Assembly (NCBI GenBank): GCA_044450345.1 | Contig: JBIOIY010000002.1 | Coordinates: forward strand, 1 to 64,000 | From: Thermodesulfovibrionales bacterium | Lineage (GTDB): Bacteria > Nitrospirota > Thermodesulfovibrionia > Thermodesulfovibrionales > UBA6898 | Length of the DNA stretch: 64,000 nt | Direction of reading: 5' to 3' | Shown: positions 55,043 to 64,000 of the stretch, in pieces | Numbering within the stretch: the first letter of the stretch is position 1 | Layout of the letters: the number at the start of each line of letters is the position of its first letter | Position numbers and translations under genes: made by a program | The notes under the pieces: model-generated | Database searches by the model: none | What the model was told of the DNA's origin: nothing | What the model saw: the letters and a program-made list of their open reading frames with translations, nothing else

Positions 55043-55747
55043 ATGAGACGTTTGTTGGCAGTTATTGCGGTAGGCACGCTTTTTTTGGCGGTGCAGGTGT
55101 ACGGGGAGGAGATTTCGTTGAAGGAGAAGAAAGACAAGGTGAGCTATGCCATCGGACTGGATGTAGGCAACGCAATGAAAAAGCAGTCTATCGATATCGA
55201 CACCGATATCTTTGTGAAGGGGTTAAAGGACGCGTTGTCTGGCGGTAAGAAGTTGATGACCGATGATGAAATACGCGAAACCATGACCGCTTTTTCACGC
55301 GAAATGGCAGACAAACAGAAGGAGACGATGAATAAACTTGCCGAAAAGAACAAGCAGGAAGGCGACGCGTTTCTGGCCGAAAACAAGAAAAAGGATGGTG
55401 TAAAGACCCTTCCGAGCGGCCTCCAGTACAAGGTGGTCACGGAGGGCACGGGCAAGACGCCGAAGGCTGGAGATACGGTGACGGTTAATTATCGTGGCAC
55501 CCTCAGCGACGGGACCGAGTTTGACAGTTCTTTCAAACGCGGCCAGCCGGCAACATTTCCCGTAAACGGTGTAATCAAGGGATGGACCGAGGCACTTCAG
55601 CTGATGAAGGAAGGGGCAAAGTGGCAGCTTTTTATCCCCTCGGATCTGGCGTATGGAGATAAAGGGGCGGGAGGTACGATAGGACCCAATGCCGTCCTCA
55701 TCTTTGACGTTGAGCTGATCTCGATCAAGGAAGCCGAGAAGAAATAG
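55043..55747 (+). CDS. FKBP-type peptidyl-prolyl isomerase (FkpA/Mip)
   Basis: KVSYAIG, SGLQYKV, GTEFDSS and VIKGWTEAL motifs. Confidence 0.95.
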   Translation: MRRLLAVIAVGTLFLAVQVYGEEISLKEKKDKVSYAIGLDVGNAMKKQSIDIDTDIFVKGLKDALSGGKKLMTDDEIRETMTAFSREMADKQKETMNKLAEKNKQEGDAFLAENKKKDGVKTLPSGLQYKVVTEGTGKTPKAGDTVTVNYRGTLSDGTEFDSSFKRGQPATFPVNGVIKGWTEALQLMKEGAKWQLFIPSDLAYGDKGAGGTIGPNAVLIFDVELISIKEAEKK

Positions 55748-55751
55748 ATAT

Positions 55752-55789
55752 AAATAGAAAGGCCGATGATTGCATCGGCCTTTCTATTT
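55752..55789. terminator. Bidirectional terminator between convergent genes
   Basis: Perfect 17 bp stem AAATAGAAAGGCCGATG / CATCGGCCTTTCTATTT. Confidence 0.85.
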
Positions 55790-55811
55790 TATTCGGCTGC
55801 TGCCTGCTCTT

Positions 55812-56510
55812 TTATTTTTTTATGCTTGCTTTTTCCATGATCACTTTGTATTTATAGTTACTGCCGAAGTCTTTGTCCTTCGCTATGGTGCCGGTGGCGG
55901 TAACGATGTCTCCCACCGCTGCGGATTCTTCGGTCGTGATGACCAGATCATGGCTCCCTTTCTTCGGGTCACCGGTACCGTCCTGCAGGTGTATCCAGGT
56001 CATATTCATGATCCCCGTCGAGACTTTTACTACCTTTCCCTTTAGAGAAACTTTTTTCTTGTCGAGACCTTCTATGTTCTTGTATATATCTTCAACCGTA
56101 TAGGCATCCGGCCCCGATGCCTTATCGACCTTGATCTTTTCGGCCGGGACAACGAGGGCGCCCTTGCTGGCGGCGGAGACTCCGGAATCACCCTGTGAAG
56201 ACGGGCCAGCTGCCACTCCGGCGGAAAAGACGATTGAGTTGAAAGTGCGGTTCAGTGTTTTGCTCTGAAAATTATCCATCTCAACTCCCGGCAGGAACGT
56301 TATCGTCTGCCCCTTCACGATCTTGGTCTGGGGTACGGCGATCCATGTCTTTTTATCGCCTTTTTCGACGAGCGCGTAGGTGTAACCACCGCTGCTCATT
56401 GTTTCCACGACCTTACCCGACAGCTCACCGTCGGCAAAAGCTCCCCCTGCAAACATTGTCAGAAGGGCTACTATTACCCCAAACCCTGCCGCTGCCAAAA
56501 ACTTTTTCAT
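55812..56510 (-). CDS. Exported two-OB-fold protein (NrfJ-like)
   Basis: Signal peptide; GKVVETM..GGYTY, FQSKTLNRTF and WIHLQDGTG motifs; AAAGGAG SD. Confidence 0.75.
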   Translation of the reverse strand: MKKFLAAAGFGVIVALLTMFAGGAFADGELSGKVVETMSSGGYTYALVEKGDKKTWIAVPQTKIVKGQTITFLPGVEMDNFQSKTLNRTFNSIVFSAGVAAGPSSQGDSGVSAASKGALVVPAEKIKVDKASGPDAYTVEDIYKNIEGLDKKKVSLKGKVVKVSTGIMNMTWIHLQDGTGDPKKGSHDLVITTEESAAVGDIVTATGTIAKDKDFGSNYKYKVIMEKASIKK

Positions 56511-56661
56511 GTGTGCTCCTTTCAGTAATCCTGATCTCATCCGGCATAATGTGCATCAATTCCGTATGTACTTATTATAAAGAAGTCATGTCTTTTTTTG
56601 GTAGTGGGTCACTACCCTTTTTTTCCTCAATCAGTGCCGGAAGGTTATAATAACCGGTAGA

Positions 56662-57846
56662 ATGATAGCGAGGAGCAAAATACTTGTCAGTTGTCCCAAG
56701 GGACTCTCGTCTTTTCTGTCAAGGGAGATCCTTTCACTGGGATTCCCTGTTACGTCTGAAACAGCTTCGGGAGTGATGACGGAAGGGACATTCGAAGACA
56801 CGCTGAGGCTTAACCTGTTCTTGAGGACCGGCCATCGGGTGCTTTACTACCTGGAGGGTTTTATGGCGCGAAACCCCGGGGACCTTTACCATGGGATGTC
56901 GAGGATACACTGGGAGGATTACATCCCTGCGGATGGATATCTGTGCGTATCGTCGAGCGTCTACCACGAGAGCATCAGGGATTCACGCTATGCCAATATG
57001 AAGTGTAAAGACGCTATAGTCGACCGGATCAGGGCAAAGTGCGGCCGTCGCCCTGACTCCGGGCCCTCAAGGGAGGGTGTGGTCATATTTTTTCACTGGA
57101 CGGAAGAATGGTGTTCGGTATATCTGGACACGTCGGGTGAGTCCCTGTCAAAAAGAGGATACAGAAAAACGCCGCTGAAGGCGCCGCTCCAGGAGACACT
57201 TGCGGCAGCGGTCGTTATGGCGACGGGATGGGACGGAGGCAGCAATTTCATAAACCCGATGTGCGGGAGTGGGACCCTGGCGATAGAGGCCGCCCTCATT
57301 GGACTCAATAAGGCGCCTGGCCTGATAAGGGACAATTACTCATTTATGCACATCAGCGGGTTTAATGCGTCCCTATGGGAGCGGCTTAAAGAGACTGCAC
57401 GGGCCGAAACGAAGAAGGACTTAAGCGCCAGAATTATAGCGACGGATGTAAATCCCGCAGCAGTTGAGGCCGCGAAGAGGAACGCGGGGAATGCGGGGGT
57501 CGAGGACCTCATCGGATTCAAGGTCTGCGACTTCGCCGAGACACCGGTCCCGGGCGGTGGCGGGGTGGTTGTTCTAAACCCGGAATACGGCCAGAGGATG
57601 GGTGAAGAAAAGGATCTGGAGGAGCTTTACAAGAGGATCGGAGATTTCTTCAAGCAGAGCTGCAGGGGATATGCGGGGTATGTATTTACAGGAAATCCTT
57701 CTCTGGCTAAAAAAGTGGGGTTACGGGCTAAACGCAGGGTCCAGTTTTTCAACAGCACTATAGAATGCAGATTGCTCGAATATGAACTGTATGAAGGCAG
57801 CAAAAAGAATAGAAGGAGTGATGAAGATAATGCCGGGAGTGAATAG
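56662..57846 (+). CDS. THUMP-domain SAM-dependent RNA methyltransferase (RlmL-like)
   Basis: LRTGHRVL, DTSGESLSKRGYR, APLQETLAA, NPMCGSGT and NPEYG motifs. Confidence 0.9.
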   Translation: MIARSKILVSCPKGLSSFLSREILSLGFPVTSETASGVMTEGTFEDTLRLNLFLRTGHRVLYYLEGFMARNPGDLYHGMSRIHWEDYIPADGYLCVSSSVYHESIRDSRYANMKCKDAIVDRIRAKCGRRPDSGPSREGVVIFFHWTEEWCSVYLDTSGESLSKRGYRKTPLKAPLQETLAAAVVMATGWDGGSNFINPMCGSGTLAIEAALIGLNKAPGLIRDNYSFMHISGFNASLWERLKETARAETKKDLSARIIATDVNPAAVEAAKRNAGNAGVEDLIGFKVCDFAETPVPGGGGVVVLNPEYGQRMGEEKDLEELYKRIGDFFKQSCRGYAGYVFTGNPSLAKKVGLRAKRRVQFFNSTIECRLLEYELYEGSKKNRRSDEDNAGSE

Positions 57847-59644
57847 AACACACAAAGCAGCCTGGGACCTCACTAAGCTTTTCCGTGACGACAATGATCC
57901 CCGGATCGAAGAAGTAATCCGGGCGGTCGAGAGAGAAAGTTATCGTTTTATCCGCAAATGGAGGTCGCGCAGGGATTATCTTTCCGATCCGTCCGCGCTG
58001 CGCAATGCCCTGAACGAGTACGAAAAGTGGAAGAGGCGCTTTGGCTTCGATGGTGACGCGGGATACTACTTCTGGCTTAGAACGGAGCAGGACCAGAACA
58101 ACCCCGACCTCAAGGCAAGATTCAACAAGATCGAAGAGTTCGGCCGCAGGATAGAAAACGATATCCAGTTCTTCCATTTACGGCTGGCCAAGATCACTCC
58201 GGGCCGGCAGAAAGGATTTCTTGCATCTGAAGGGCTCAGGGATTACAGGCATTTTCTGGAGCGGATATGGGCAGAATCGAAGTATCTGCTTACCGAACGG
58301 GAAGAGAAGATACTGAACCTCAAGATGTCGACTTCTTATTCCAACTGGATAAGGATGACGTTCGGTCTCCTCGCTAAGGAGGAGCGGAAGGTCATTTTGG
58401 AAAAAAGGGGCGCAGGCATGAGGCCTTTTTCTGAAATAACCGGCCTGATGAACAGCAGGGACAGGAAGGTGAGAGATTCTGCAGCAAAGGCATTTAACGA
58501 CATACTGTCGCGAAACGTAGAGGTGGCCGAGGCTGAAATCAATTCGGTCCTCGCGCATAAGAAGACGGAGGATGAACTTCGGGCGTTTCCCAGGGCGGAC
58601 CTTTCAAGGCATCTTGCAGACGACATAGACAGCGGGGTTGTTGATTCTCTGCTGAAATCCGTCTCAAGAAGGTTCGATATCCCCTCCCGTTTTTACAAGC
58701 TTAAGGCCCGCTTGATGGGCGTTAAAAAACTTAAATATCATGAGCGAAATGTTACCTATGGAGACATCAGAACCAAATACTCGTTCGGGTCCTCGTGCAG
58801 GCTTTTACGCAAAACTCTCTCAGGGCTCGACGGTGAATTCTCACGGATCTTTGAAGGGTTCATTGAGAACCGTCAGATCGACGTCTACCCGAAAAAGGGA
58901 AAGGCCGGCGGCGCGTTCTGTGCGCACCACCTTATCTCCCAGCCTACCTATATCCTTCTTAACCACACGGGTGAGCTGAGTGATGTGCTCACGCTGGCCC
59001 ACGAAGTCGGACACGGCATCAATAATGAACTTATCAGGAGGAGTCAGAACGCCCTTAATTTCGGGACGCCGACTTCGACGGCCGAAGTGGCCAGCACGTT
59101 CATGGAAGACTTTGTGCTTCAGGAGATCCTTAGTAAGGCCGGCGGTGAACTGAAACTTGCGATCATGATGAAGAAACTTGATGACGACGTCTCAACTATT
59201 TTCAGACAGGTCGCATGTTATAGGTTTGAGGCCGCCCTCCATGAGTTGTTTAGAAGTAAGGGCTATCTCTCAAAGGAGGAGATAGGGAGGCTGTTCAGAC
59301 GCCACATGGCGGAATACATGGGTGATTGTGTCGAACAGACAAGAGGGTCTGAAAACTGGTGGGTCTACTGGAACCACATCCGCTACTTTTTTTACGTCTA
59401 CTCGTACGCAAGCGGTCTTCTCATCTCGAAGTCCCTACAGAACGCGGTAAAAAAAGAACCGGCCTTTATAGCCAAGGTCAAGGATTTCTTGTCTTCCGGT
59501 CTTTCGGACTCTCCGAAAGATATCTTTCTCAGGCTCGGGATAGACATAGAAGACGAAGGGTTTTGGGAGAGCGGGTTGGACGAAGTCGAGCACCTTCTCG
59601 ATGAGACGGTCAATCTGGCGAAGAGGCTGGGCAAATTGCAGTGA
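57830..59644 (+). CDS. M3 family oligoendopeptidase F
   Basis: WDLT start, GKAGGAFC, TLAHEVGH, AEVASTF and FYVYSYA motifs. Start uncertain (57821-57839). Confidence 0.9.
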   Translation: MPGVNRTHKAAWDLTKLFRDDNDPRIEEVIRAVERESYRFIRKWRSRRDYLSDPSALRNALNEYEKWKRRFGFDGDAGYYFWLRTEQDQNNPDLKARFNKIEEFGRRIENDIQFFHLRLAKITPGRQKGFLASEGLRDYRHFLERIWAESKYLLTEREEKILNLKMSTSYSNWIRMTFGLLAKEERKVILEKRGAGMRPFSEITGLMNSRDRKVRDSAAKAFNDILSRNVEVAEAEINSVLAHKKTEDELRAFPRADLSRHLADDIDSGVVDSLLKSVSRRFDIPSRFYKLKARLMGVKKLKYHERNVTYGDIRTKYSFGSSCRLLRKTLSGLDGEFSRIFEGFIENRQIDVYPKKGKAGGAFCAHHLISQPTYILLNHTGELSDVLTLAHEVGHGINNELIRRSQNALNFGTPTSTAEVASTFMEDFVLQEILSKAGGELKLAIMMKKLDDDVSTIFRQVACYRFEAALHELFRSKGYLSKEEIGRLFRRHMAEYMGDCVEQTRGSENWWVYWNHIRYFFYVYSYASGLLISKSLQNAVKKEPAFIAKVKDFLSSGLSDSPKDIFLRLGIDIEDEGFWESGLDEVEHLLDETVNLAKRLGKLQ

Positions 59645-59728
59645 CCTATCCCCCTGCAGGAGTTCGTTATATCTGATATACTTTTTCTATGAGCGGGTCG
59701 TTCTTCATAAGGGGGAAGAGGTATCAGG

Positions 59729-61609
59729 GTGGACGGTAGGCTTGAACAGATATTGAGAGCTTACCCGGAAAAGTTCGCCGCGGAAGAAGAGGTATTTGCC
59801 CATATACACCCCGGAGACAGGATATTCGTGGGTACCGGATGCGGTGAACCGCAGTGTCTTGTGCGGGCGCTTATAAAATATGTCCAGTCTCACCCGAAGG
59901 CATTTTTTGACGCTGAGGTGCTCCAGGTTTGGAACCTCGGCGTTTCGCCTTACGCTGATGAGAAGTTTAAGGACAATTTCCGGTACAACTCCTTCTTCAT
60001 CGGTGAGAACTCGAGGGAGACCGTCAATCAGGGCGCCGCGGATTACACGCCGATCTTTCTGTCGGCGGTGCCGGCTCTTTTCTACAGCAAGCGGATTCCG
60101 ATCGACGTCGCGCTGATACAGACTTCTACGCCTGATGTCCATGGCTTCATGAGTTTAGGGATAAGCGTCGACATCGTCAAGGCCGCTACGGAAAGCGCAT
60201 CACTGGTCATTGCGCAGGTCAACTCCAGTATGCCGCGGGTCCACGGCGACACCTTCATACACGTGAGGGACATAGATTTCATCATCCCATACGACGAGCC
60301 GCTGCTCGTATTCAGGACGGTGGTACCTGATGAGATCGCAGAGAAAATCGGCAGATATGTATCAAGAATAGTGCTGGACGGGGACACGATACAGGTCGGC
60401 TACGGAAGTATACCCAATGCGATACTCGGGCATTTGCGCGAAAAACGTCACCTGGGGGTGCATACGGAACTTCTCAGCGACGGGATCGCAGACCTCATGA
60501 AAAGGGGGGTCATAGACAATACCAGGAAGGCCCTGAACAGGGACAAGACCGTGGCCGCCTTTTGCATGGGCACGCCCGAGACTTACGAATTCATCAACGA
60601 CAACCCAAGCATAGAATTCAGGCCTGTAAGCTATACGAACAACCCTCTTAACATTGCGAGGAACGAAAATGTTACGGCGATAAACAGCGCGCTCGAAATA
60701 GACCTTACGGGCCAGGCAACGGCCGAGTCTCTCGGCAAGTATTTTTTCAGCGGGATAGGGGGACAGGCGGATTTCATGAGGGGAGCGATCCTTTCTAAAG
60801 GGGGTAAAACGATCCTTGCGCTCCAATCGACGGCCCAGGACGGCGAAGTGTCAAGAATAGTGCCTTTCCTGAAGGAGGGGGCGGGAGTCACGCTTACGAG
60901 GGGAGACGTCCACTACGTGGTGACTGAGTTTGGCATCGCCTATCTCCATGGGAAAAACATCAGGGAGCGTGCCATGGACCTGATCGCCATCGCCCACCCG
61001 AAATTCAGACATCGCCTCATAGAGGAAGCGAAGGAGCTGTCACTTATCTATAAGGACCAGGCATTTATACCTGGGAAAAAGGGCGAGTACCCGGAGACGC
61101 TCGAGACCTACAGGACGACAAAGGGCGGGCTGAAGATATTTTTACGACCCGTAAAGATAACAGATGAACACTCACTGAAGGATTTCTTCTATTCACTTTC
61201 CGGCGACAGTATGTATCGCAGGTTCATCTCAATCCGCGCAGATATGCATCATGACCGAATTCAGCAGTTTGTGGTCATAGATTATACGAAGGAAATGGTT
61301 ATCCTGGCGGCAGAGCAGGAGGGAGACAAGGAGGTGATCGCGGGCATGGGACAGTATTTTATCAATGAGAATACACATACTGCGGAGGTAGCTTTTTTGG
61401 TCCGTGATGAATATCAAGGCCAGGGAATAGGCACCGAGCTCCTGTTATACCTTACGTACCTCGCGAAGAAGAATGGGTTGCACGGTTTTACCGCAGAGGT
61501 GCTGGAGGACAACAAGCCGATGCTCCAGGTCTTCGAAAACGCGGGTTTCGAGATCGAGAAACATGTCGAAGCGGGCATGTATGAACTCGCAATGTCCTTC
61601 AGGGACTGA
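59729..61609 (+). CDS. Acetyl-CoA hydrolase/transferase - GNAT acetyltransferase fusion
   Basis: GTGCGEP, HTE and SGIGGQADF CoA-transferase motifs; C-terminal GNAT (YQGQGIGT...N.PM). Confidence 0.9.
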   Translation: MDGRLEQILRAYPEKFAAEEEVFAHIHPGDRIFVGTGCGEPQCLVRALIKYVQSHPKAFFDAEVLQVWNLGVSPYADEKFKDNFRYNSFFIGENSRETVNQGAADYTPIFLSAVPALFYSKRIPIDVALIQTSTPDVHGFMSLGISVDIVKAATESASLVIAQVNSSMPRVHGDTFIHVRDIDFIIPYDEPLLVFRTVVPDEIAEKIGRYVSRIVLDGDTIQVGYGSIPNAILGHLREKRHLGVHTELLSDGIADLMKRGVIDNTRKALNRDKTVAAFCMGTPETYEFINDNPSIEFRPVSYTNNPLNIARNENVTAINSALEIDLTGQATAESLGKYFFSGIGGQADFMRGAILSKGGKTILALQSTAQDGEVSRIVPFLKEGAGVTLTRGDVHYVVTEFGIAYLHGKNIRERAMDLIAIAHPKFRHRLIEEAKELSLIYKDQAFIPGKKGEYPETLETYRTTKGGLKIFLRPVKITDEHSLKDFFYSLSGDSMYRRFISIRADMHHDRIQQFVVIDYTKEMVILAAEQEGDKEVIAGMGQYFINENTHTAEVAFLVRDEYQGQGIGTELLLYLTYLAKKNGLHGFTAEVLEDNKPMLQVFENAGFEIEKHVEAGMYELAMSFRD

Positions 61610-61632
61610 GCGCGCGACGTTAGGGGAAAAAA

Positions 61633-62313
61633 TTACTTCTTTTGCGACCTTTTCCCGATAAATGAGTCTATCGCTGCCTTATAGGCAGGCTGCAGACCGA
61701 CATATCGCACGCCGAAGCGGAGCATACCATCATCGCTTTTGACTATCCTCATGACCTCGGCATCTGCGGCGATTTTTGCGGCGCCGGGAAGGAAGAAAGA
61801 ACAGCTCATAATATCCCCCTTTTCGAGGGCCTTGTCCGTTTCAAGCAAGAGGCCGGTTGCACTAATGTCCTGTGAGGAACAGAAGAAAGGCTCGTTACCG
61901 AATTTGCCGTCGACCTTGGCCTTGAGGAGTACGCGGTAGCTCTTTCTCTCCGGAATATCCAGTAGCCTGCTGACATTTTCGATAAACTGCAGCGGCCGGA
62001 TAGGCTTTGTGACATGTGCATTCGCCTTGCACCTTGCAATGCGGCTAAGATCCGATTCACTCCCGCCGCATAGCATGATAAACGAGACCTGCTTCAGTTC
62101 CCCGTCATTTCTGATCATCGTACAGAGTTTGTCGCCGCTGATGACGGGCATGTCGAGATCGGCTATTATAAGATCGACCTTTTCCTTCCTATGAATAGCA
62201 AGGGCCTCATCGCTCGACATGGCGGTGAATATTTCGATATCCGACCTGTTAAGGATAGTCCGTTCCTTTTCAACCACCGTTTGCGCGTCGTTAACCAGCA
62301 ACACTTTCTTCAT
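61633..62313 (-). CDS. Response regulator receiver - PilZ domain protein
   Basis: REC domain (IADLDMP, TKPI); PilZ motifs RKSYR and DISATG. Confidence 0.85.
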   Translation of the reverse strand: MKKVLLVNDAQTVVEKERTILNRSDIEIFTAMSSDEALAIHRKEKVDLIIADLDMPVISGDKLCTMIRNDGELKQVSFIMLCGGSESDLSRIARCKANAHVTKPIRPLQFIENVSRLLDIPERKSYRVLLKAKVDGKFGNEPFFCSSQDISATGLLLETDKALEKGDIMSCSFFLPGAAKIAADAEVMRIVKSDDGMLRFGVRYVGLQPAYKAAIDSFIGKRSQKK

Positions 62314-62433
62314 CGAGTAATTTTTATACTTGAATCGCGCCCTCTTTGTCAAGAAAACCGTTTTTGACACCGTCAAATAGGACGATTTCGTCCCGCGTAC
62401 CAGGAAATCATCGGGACGACAAGATGAGTCGGC

Positions 62434-63225
62434 TTATTCGACTGCTCTGTTTACCTTGACTGCAAAGAGAAAATATCCGGCCGTTAGCGGTATGCTTGTG
62501 AGCCACCAGAATGGAAGGACAATCCCCGCAATATTAAGGACCGCACCAATGGCCATCACAGGCGTCATAGATACGGCCGCCAGCCGCATATATTTTCGGT
62601 AGTCCGAAGGTGTGCCCGGCGATCGCGTAATAAAAGAAGCGATTGCAGCAAAAATGGCTACCTCTATAAGGCGGACGAGGAAAAAAAAGAGCACCGCGAA
62701 AGGATACAGGATAACGGCGAAAGACCCTTCCAACTCATCTATCCATTCATAAAGAAGCCGCCGGTCCATGGAAAAACCGTCGATCCCCGATAGGTCGATG
62801 GTCCTGGTCTCCCCGGTACTGTTCCTGACAATGAGGGACGACTGTGAAACAAGTACAGCCGCCTTAGAACCCGTTAATGTGCGGATCTGTCCGGTCGTGT
62901 CGAAGACAATGAGAGGCTCTCCGGATTTTTCATCCTTCACGTAATACGGTTCAGGTCTGTCTATCGACACCTTTCCCTTGATGATCCTGACGGCCGGCAT
63001 CTGCGTTACTATTCTTGGCGCTTCTTCATTCAGCAGGGCTGAGAGTTCCGATTGAAGCAGAAGCACAAAAGGGATTGTGCAGAGGGCAACAATGGAGAAA
63101 AGGAAGAGAAGTCCGGCACCCTTCCAGTTCCTTCCGACATCTTGGTACAACGACCTCGAGAAGAAGGCCATAAAGAGCGGATGGATCAAAGAGTAGCGCT
63201 GCATATCATGATCGCGGGAAGTCAA
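62434..63225 (-). CDS. DUF1189-like membrane protein
   Basis: FFSRSLYQDV..W, periplasmic region with FDTTG, several TMs. Start may be ATG 63204. Confidence 0.65.
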   Translation of the reverse strand: MTSRDHDMQRYSLIHPLFMAFFSRSLYQDVGRNWKGAGLLFLFSIVALCTIPFVLLLQSELSALLNEEAPRIVTQMPAVRIIKGKVSIDRPEPYYVKDEKSGEPLIVFDTTGQIRTLTGSKAAVLVSQSSLIVRNSTGETRTIDLSGIDGFSMDRRLLYEWIDELEGSFAVILYPFAVLFFFLVRLIEVAIFAAIASFITRSPGTPSDYRKYMRLAAVSMTPVMAIGAVLNIAGIVLPFWWLTSIPLTAGYFLFAVKVNRAVE

Positions 63226-63239
63226 AAGCGTTTTTTCCT

Positions 63240-63689
63240 CTAGTCCCGCGGCCAGACCGTCTTGATCATGAGCAGCAAAATCCCTATTGTGAGGGCCGAA
63301 TCCGCCACGTTGAACGCAGGCCAGTAGAAATCGCCGGCGTAGACCTCCAGAAAATCAATCACGTATCCGTGGACGACCCTGTCGGTCAAATTTCCGGCCG
63401 CGCCGCCCAGAATAAGCGAAAGGCCGGGCCTGTTGCCTCCGTCCTTTACGATCATGAGGGAGACCACCGCTATTGCGGCAGCCGATACTAAAATAAAAAA
63501 AGGATTCCCCATGCTCTTGAACATGCCGAAGGCCGAGCCTATGTTCCGGTAATACACGAGGTTGAAGGATGGGAGGACTTTAATAACCTGATAGAGGCCG
63601 AGATTATTTGTGATTATGTATTTCGTCACCTGGTCGCAAAGGAAAACGATGAGTGCTACTACAAAGTAGACGTAGGTTCTGGTTTTCAT
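63240..63689 (-). CDS. lspA: Lipoprotein signal peptidase II
   Basis: DQVTK, NIGSAFG, GNLTDR, VIDF and FNVADS motifs. Confidence 0.95.
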   Translation of the reverse strand: MKTRTYVYFVVALIVFLCDQVTKYIITNNLGLYQVIKVLPSFNLVYYRNIGSAFGMFKSMGNPFFILVSAAAIAVVSLMIVKDGGNRPGLSLILGGAAGNLTDRVVHGYVIDFLEVYAGDFYWPAFNVADSALTIGILLLMIKTVWPRD

Positions 63690-63705
63690 TCAGTCAGGCT
63701 TCCGG

Positions 63706-64000
63706 TTAAACAATGTAGATCAGGGCGAATTCGTCGCATTCCGGGAATTTGGGGCATCTAATGCAGTCACCCCATATTTTTTGGGGAAGGTCCGATTTGT
63801 CAATATCTGTAAACCCCAATTTCTTGAAGAAAAGAGGCCGGTAAGTAAGGGCAAAAACCCTCTTTACTCCCAGTGCCTTTGCCTCGTCAAGACACCATTT
63901 TACCATCTTTTTTCCTATACCCATCCGTTGGGACTCTTTTTTTACCGCTAGAGAACGTATTTCGGCGAGGTCTTCCCACAGGATGTGCAGGGCGCAGACA
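63706..64000 (-). CDS. argA: Short ArgA-type amino-acid N-acetyltransferase (GNAT), partial at window end
   Basis: The frame stays open to the window end: CALHILWEDLAEIRSLAV...VFALTY...LPQKIWGDCIRCPKFPECDE. Confidence 0.85.
   Translation of the reverse strand, partial: VCALHILWEDLAEIRSLAVKKESQRMGIGKKMVKWCLDEAKALGVKRVFALTYRPLFFKKLGFTDIDKSDLPQKIWGDCIRCPKFPECDEFALIYIV

Noticed and set aside
62363..62377. TTTGAC-ACC-GTCAAA as an FNR/CRP-family site
   Set aside because: The spacer is 3 nt rather than 4 and no cognate regulator is evident.

Overview
Bacterial chromosomal window of about 50% GC (visual estimate). Gene content suggests an anaerobic Nitrospirota/Deltaproteobacteria-like organism; that taxonomy is inference only. 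Main blocks, left to right: (1) an accessory left end with a SWIB gene, an S10 carboxypeptidase, decayed gene fragments, two tandem secreted DUF4185 paralogues (one fused to an SGNH esterase) behind a degenerate GEMM-I-like riboswitch, and DUF488; (2) an acetate module: small membrane protein, SLC5-fused histidine kinase, sigma54 activator, sigma54 promoter, cNMP/CBS/DUF294 nucleotidyltransferase, OFA MFS transporter and acs; (3) housekeeping genes hypC, dcd, pyrF, trpE/pabB, addAB and prc; (4) a TetR-macAB-tolC-emrA efflux cluster whose emrB is separated by two toxin-antitoxin pairs and trmJ; (5) csp and htpG; (6) a 13-heme cytochrome c / cytochrome b pair with a CxxCH-bearing sensor kinase; (7) further housekeeping and signalling genes. 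No tRNA, rRNA, CRISPR array or transposase was seen. The most unusual signal is non-coding. Three copies of a 115-135 nt fold-back element with compensatory arms lie 3' of emrB, csp and htpG. Their internal slots carry different 14-21 nt mini-palindromes, and one member of these mini-palindrome families sits in frame inside htpG, adding 7 aa. All calls were made by eye without database searches.
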